From assembly GCA_019057815.1 (NCBI GenBank), contig JAHLWR010000010.1:32001-96000 (forward strand): a DNA stretch of 64,000 nt, read 5' to 3'. Below are positions 59,235 through 64,000 of the stretch, piece after piece. Position 1 is the first letter of the stretch, and the number at the start of each line of letters is the position of its first letter. Origin of the DNA: Candidatus Heimdallarchaeota archaeon. GTDB taxonomy: Archaea; Asgardarchaeota; Heimdallarchaeia; Heimdallarchaeales; Heimdallarchaeaceae. The translations under genes and the position numbers were made by a program. A model generated the notes under the pieces. The model searched no databases, was not told the DNA's origin, and saw only the letters and a list, made by a program, of their open reading frames with translations.

Positions 59235-61466
59235 ATGAATATCTTAAAACCTAAGAGACCTGTTCTTACAGGAATTATTTCCGCTTTAATGATTAGTTCG
59301 CTGGTTATAGGTGGGTTCTATCTTTCCCCCTATATTTACTCAATTTTCAATCCTTATGATTTTCGAGATGAGGTACAACTTCCAGAAAATATCAAGAACT
59401 CTTTCAGTACCTATGAATTACAATACTATAATTATACACCCTCAATAATACCAACTCCTATAGCTTCTGTTTTAACAAATGTAGATCTTCAAGGATTAGA
59501 GGATGAAATAGATGAGACTATGATCCAACAACTAGAAAAATATGGTTTTACTATTGTAGACGGGGGAATAGAAGACATATACTATCCTATGGATTATGAC
59601 TTCAATTTAGAAACTCCCATGTATGTTTCAACAGATTTATGCCTTCATACATTACATTCAATTTTCGATAATTGTTTAAGAGCTATGGAGCTAAATTATT
59701 TCTATGGTAATTTTAGCTTAATGGCTGAAGCTCTCAGAAATGATCAAATCGATTTGTACACAATTAATTTCGATACAAATATCAAAGAATCTCTAAAATA
59801 TAACATCGCATACCTTACTGTTTTAATGTATATGTTGGATAATTCTACTTCTATTCCTTCATATGTCTATTCTCTTGTTTCTGAGGAATTAGAAAATATT
59901 GAGCAAGGTGAAAGAGCTTTCTCTCCGATTTTCGAATACGAGGAAGATTTTTCCCAATATAAAGTTAGAGGTCACTATACACGAAATGATGCTTTTAAGC
60001 GCTATTTCAAAGCTATGATGTATGCAGGAAGAATGGGTTTCATGGTGTCTGATCAAACAACAAATAATACTTTAGGTATCAAACAAACAAGAATGGCTTT
60101 ATCACTTGTTTATTCGTTCTCTATCGATATTGATGACAAAACAGTTTGGGATCATTGGGATAGTATTTGTAGAACCACTAATTTCCTTGTTGGAGGAAGC
60201 GATGATCTTACCCCTAGTGATTATTTTTCAGTTTGGGAGCAACAAGGCAATCTTGAATTTTCGGAATTGATTGATGATGCTTTTATTGATGAAATAATCG
60301 ATTCACTTAAGGAACTGAGAACGTCAAAAATTAATTCCCGTTATGTTGCATCATTTGAAGGTCAAGAGAATGCAACTAAGGGATTTAGACTTTTTGGGCA
60401 AAGCTATACACCTGATGCTTATATCTTTCAAGAGCTAGTCTTTGATAATTTAGCTAACCGTTTATTCCCTAAAGCTTTAGATATTTTCTCAGTTTTTGGA
60501 AGTGAGAGAGCAGAATATCATCTTGCATCTGAAAAGGAGTTTGAAGGATATGAAGAGAAAATTGTTGAACTAAGAAACGAGTTCTCCAATTTATCAGTTT
60601 CTTACTGGACTCAAAATGTTTATTGGCAATGGTTGTTTTCGTTACTACCTTTATTAGAAGTTAAAGAAGAGGGTTATCCTGGATACATGCAATCTGATGC
60701 TTGGACTGACAAATCTCTGATGACTTCTTTAGCAAGTTGGGTAGAATTGAAACATGATACTATTCTTTATTCAAAGCAAGCTGTCTGTGCAAGTGGAATG
60801 AGCGACCTAATATATCACTATGTTGAACCTTACCCTCAAGTTTATTCTAGAATTTCAGCTACTGCAAAGATGTTAAAAGAAGGATTGCAAGCAAGAGGAG
60901 TACTGTACGAAGGAAATTCTGAAAGTAACTATGAACAAATACGCAGTAATTTTACTAGGAAATTTGATGAAATGATAAATATATTCGACACATTAGCGGA
61001 AATAAGCATAAAAGAGCTGGAAAACAAGGAATTAACATCTCAAGAGCTTAAATTTATTCATCATGTTGGTAAAGATTTATTGTATATTTCGTTAATTACA
61101 ACTGCTAATGGTGATGATTTTACTAGTGAAGCTGATAAACGAACTGCTCTAATAGCTGATGTATTTACAGATCCTAATACAAATCAAGTACTGGAAGTAG
61201 CAGTGGGAAATCCATTTTTGATCTATGTTATTGTACAAGATCATGCAGGACAATTGTATCTTACTAGGGGAGTAACTCTTTCTTACTACGAATTCAAGCA
61301 ACCCTATAATGAACGCTTAACAGACGAAGAATGGCAATTTATGCTAGATTCATCTCCACCTGATTTTCCTGAGTGGATATCAGAGAATATTCCTTTAAAC
61401 ACAATTAAGGGAATATCTCCGATAAAAGTATTTGCTATATATGTTAATCGAACCAGAATGGAGTAA
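59235..61466 (+). CDS. DUF3160 family secreted/surface protein
   Basis: N-terminal TM, EDFSQYK.RGHY, YFKAMMY.GR, FRLFGQ..TPDA, SW.ELKHDTILY.KQ, G...SYYEF..RLTDEEW. Confidence 0.88.
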   Translation: MNILKPKRPVLTGIISALMISSLVIGGFYLSPYIYSIFNPYDFRDEVQLPENIKNSFSTYELQYYNYTPSIIPTPIASVLTNVDLQGLEDEIDETMIQQLEKYGFTIVDGGIEDIYYPMDYDFNLETPMYVSTDLCLHTLHSIFDNCLRAMELNYFYGNFSLMAEALRNDQIDLYTINFDTNIKESLKYNIAYLTVLMYMLDNSTSIPSYVYSLVSEELENIEQGERAFSPIFEYEEDFSQYKVRGHYTRNDAFKRYFKAMMYAGRMGFMVSDQTTNNTLGIKQTRMALSLVYSFSIDIDDKTVWDHWDSICRTTNFLVGGSDDLTPSDYFSVWEQQGNLEFSELIDDAFIDEIIDSLKELRTSKINSRYVASFEGQENATKGFRLFGQSYTPDAYIFQELVFDNLANRLFPKALDIFSVFGSERAEYHLASEKEFEGYEEKIVELRNEFSNLSVSYWTQNVYWQWLFSLLPLLEVKEEGYPGYMQSDAWTDKSLMTSLASWVELKHDTILYSKQAVCASGMSDLIYHYVEPYPQVYSRISATAKMLKEGLQARGVLYEGNSESNYEQIRSNFTRKFDEMINIFDTLAEISIKELENKELTSQELKFIHHVGKDLLYISLITTANGDDFTSEADKRTALIADVFTDPNTNQVLEVAVGNPFLIYVIVQDHAGQLYLTRGVTLSYYEFKQPYNERLTDEEWQFMLDSSPPDFPEWISENIPLNTIKGISPIKVFAIYVNRTRME

Positions 61467-61593
61467 AATTTTCCTTTTTTTTTATTGTTAATACATTTTT
61501 CATCTCCCACATTATATTGAGGTACTTTAAGGATTTTTTCCATAATAACAAAAGTTTCTGAAACATTGATTTCGCAGCTCACTGCCAGTAACG

Positions 61594-61694
61594 CACGTTA
61601 TGAAACTTGGTTAAACTTACCATAGGTGATCTAACTGTCGTTTGGTAGGGGTTTCACCCTTGACCCCTCACGTGCGTTGAGGGGTGGTCATGAA
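61594..61694 (+). repeat. 101-nt structured intergenic repeat, copy B
   Basis: Ungapped match to 54921-55021. Confidence 0.8.
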
Positions 61695-61937
61695 AAGACA
61701 CGCATAATAAAACTAGAAAATGTAAAACTAATATACATTGATGATGTTCTTACGAACATATATTACTTAGGAAGGGAAAACACAAACTTGAGAACTTGGA
61801 TATACAAACGTTCTTGAGAAGTAGGAACAGCTACAGAATCGAGATTTCCTTCGATTTTTATCAAATTGGAAATAATCATCTATTGATGATGCAAATCTGA
61901 TATAAAAGTTTTTTAGGTATACAATTTTATATTTCAT

Positions 61938-63359
61938 ATGCCCTTTGATAATAACTCACGCAAAGGTTCTTCTAGCAAGACATCTGAATTATCCAAAAAA
62001 AAATTCTATAGTTCAGACATTGATGATGGACATGTTATGCTCTTCTATCTTCTTCGTACTCGCCATCATGCTTTGCAACATCTCTTTTTATTTGATTTAT
62101 GGCTATTTGGTTTAAAGGATTCACAATTTTTTAAACATTATTCGATTAAAGAGTTACGTAGGCAGTTAGACGCAGATTTTCCTTTTATTAAACCTATTTC
62201 TCAAAAACAATGGATCCAACGATTTAGTCAGGGTATTGCCATTTCTAGAGCTCTAAACATATCTTTTCCTCCTGAAGTTGACCTGCTTCTCAAGCGTTTT
62301 AATATTCCATCGAAAACTGATCCTAATAAGCTTTTCAAATGTTTTTCTTGTAATGAGGTTTTTCTTTCAAAGAAACAACATCAAACTATCCTCTCTATTT
62401 CTCATAATTCCTTATCAAGCAACCTTTCTATTGTTGAACGTCCTTATATGATGTGCAAGGATTGTTCTTCAAGAATTTCTTCAGATACTGCTAAATCTCT
62501 CACTACAAATCCTTACATCCTAATTCAAAATTGGAAACTTCCCCGCTTATCTGATAAAAAACTTGCAGAAATAAGTGTGGAAATTATAAGTAGAGATGAA
62601 GAAAACATTACTAATGGTCTAAGCTTTGATAAATTCTTGGAACAAAAAGAGAAAGAATATACAGCACTTATCGATGAGTTCCATGATTATCTTACAAAGA
62701 ATAAAATTAAAACTAAGGCTTGTAGAGATGACTATTGCTGGTTATGTCACACCTTTCTAATGATGGCAGCAGAACGTTACAAACTTCCTTTAGAACTTTT
62801 ACATGAAGAAGCCATTAGTGAGATTCTCTTTGAAACCTTTCTGAGAAAAATTTCAGCACCTCAAAAAACTAGAGAGAGATTATTAGATGCATTATTACAT
62901 CTTTCTGATTTTCTTCTAACGAAGAATATTCTTGATGTTGAGATTCTCAATTTCATTAAGTCTCTTAAGAAAGATAAAAAACTATTTATTCAACAGGTAC
63001 GAAGCAATAAAGGCGGAGAATTTTTCTGGGAAACAGATCCGGAGTGGATAAATAATTATGTTGAATGGGCTACAAATAAAAATTTGTTGACTTTCGCATA
63101 TCAAATTAATAATGAACCTAAAGAAGAATTTATAGGTTTCTTAGAAAAAGCTTTAGAGTATATAATGCTTAGAGAATTCACTCAAAAAAGACGAGAATTG
63201 CTTAAAAAAGGAATTACTGATAAATATGAATTAAGATCGGCGTTATTACAATTCCAAAAAGAGTGGATGGAGTCACCAAAAGAGTTGTTTAATGGTTATT
63301 CGTCTATTGATCTAATTCTATTGGAAAGAAAAGAGAGAAAAAAAAAGGAGTATAATTAA
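61938..63359 (+). CDS. Hypothetical protein with a Zn-finger (CxxC..CxxC)
   Basis: 473-aa ORF; CFSC..CKDC; helical C-terminus. Confidence 0.65.
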   Translation: MPFDNNSRKGSSSKTSELSKKKFYSSDIDDGHVMLFYLLRTRHHALQHLFLFDLWLFGLKDSQFFKHYSIKELRRQLDADFPFIKPISQKQWIQRFSQGIAISRALNISFPPEVDLLLKRFNIPSKTDPNKLFKCFSCNEVFLSKKQHQTILSISHNSLSSNLSIVERPYMMCKDCSSRISSDTAKSLTTNPYILIQNWKLPRLSDKKLAEISVEIISRDEENITNGLSFDKFLEQKEKEYTALIDEFHDYLTKNKIKTKACRDDYCWLCHTFLMMAAERYKLPLELLHEEAISEILFETFLRKISAPQKTRERLLDALLHLSDFLLTKNILDVEILNFIKSLKKDKKLFIQQVRSNKGGEFFWETDPEWINNYVEWATNKNLLTFAYQINNEPKEEFIGFLEKALEYIMLREFTQKRRELLKKGITDKYELRSALLQFQKEWMESPKELFNGYSSIDLILLERKERKKKEYN

Positions 63360-63561
63360 GAAGAAACCTATTCCAAAACTAGTAGAGATACTCTACAATT
63401 TTTTTACTTCTAAAGAGTAAAAAGAAAAACTGGATAGGTTAACTTATTCAAAAAATAAACTTACAAATTGGAATTCTTACTTTTGAAGGAATTGCTGTTA
63501 AGGTTGTTAAAAATCTGTATTACTCATCAAGAACTAAAGAAAATACACTAAAACTCTCATT

Positions 63562-63876
63562 TCAAAACAATTGTGTGATTCGTCGCAGAAAATCTATAAG
63601 ATGCTCCCTCGCTTTGTTCATAACGCTTTTTTTCATTTCCTCTGCATCAATACTTACCAATTCTGCAAGATCTGCACCTAAAACATCTCTATCTGCTGAA
63701 AAAAGTTCAACATCCTTTATGTTTTTATCTAGTTCTTTTTCATATTCTAGGATTTTTTCAGTTTCTCCTTTTGATATATAAAGAAACTCTAATGCTATTA
63801 TTTGTTTTATTGTTTCAATTTTGTTTTTTTGCTTTCTCGCTATTTTCAAGATTTTTTTAAGATTCTTTTCCAACAA
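63562..63876 (-). CDS. Hypothetical protein
   Basis: 104-aa ORF with coding-like composition; no motif. Confidence 0.45.
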   Translation of the reverse strand: MLEKNLKKILKIARKQKNKIETIKQIIALEFLYISKGETEKILEYEKELDKNIKDVELFSADRDVLGADLAELVSIDAEEMKKSVMNKAREHLIDFLRRITQLF

Positions 63877-64000
63877 TTCGTTTTTTTCTCCTAAGATATA
63901 GAAATACGAAGCTAAGCTCGTTGTTTGAAAATAAATTGAATATAGGTTAAACTCCAGTGCTAGCTCTAAGGCCGTTTCTATTAACTCAAATGCTTCCTCA

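Noticed and set aside
702-63781. Numerous short antisense or overlapping ORFs in the track (e.g. 702-998, 5093-5506, 28880-29356, 36884-37225, 52637-52999)
   Set aside because: They are shadows of well-supported genes on the opposite strand or frame, with Ser/Phe/Leu-rich non-coding composition.
1-64000. CRISPR array or cas operon implied by the CARF and SAVED genes
   Set aside because: No regularly spaced repeats and no cas1/cas10/RAMP genes were seen in the window.

Overview
AT-rich prokaryotic DNA, most likely from an Asgard (Heimdall-like) archaeon. This is inferred from GGTGA-type Shine-Dalgarno motifs, TTG/GTG starts, several TM+zinc-ribbon proteins and wHTH fusions; no marker gene is present to prove it. 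The window has two halves. (1) ~1-35.3 kb is a defence island. Its core is a tightly coupled five-gene minus-strand operon: Regnase-1/Zc3h12a-like NYN RNase, viperin (RSAD2), UPF1/DNA2-like SF1 helicase, a 368-aa unknown and a tandem-HKD PLD nuclease. This operon is divergent from a CARF-wHTH (Csa3-like) regulator that heads a nucleotide-sugar tailoring operon (UXS-like SDR, radical SAM, GT2 with a nonsense codon, TPR-methyltransferase, His-phosphatase). A second, parallel tailoring operon (SDR epimerase, GT4, two radical SAM/SPASM, WG-repeat, carbamoyltransferase, His-phosphatase, GT8, GT2) with a divergent P-loop kinase lies at 2-12 kb. The island also holds an orphan SAVED protein, a ParA-SAP-HEPN triad, a metallophosphoesterase-HhH-RNase H fusion, two DNA methyltransferases and decayed nuclease-like genes. 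The best candidate for an undescribed system is this viperin-centred locus, probably nucleotide-regulated, which combines RNA/DNA-degrading effectors with a nucleotide-sugar biosynthetic pathway. (2) ~35.8-64 kb holds accessory metabolic and membrane genes with local duplications, several gene remnants and a two-copy 101-nt structured repeat. No CRISPR array, rRNA, tRNA, integrase or transposase was recognised.
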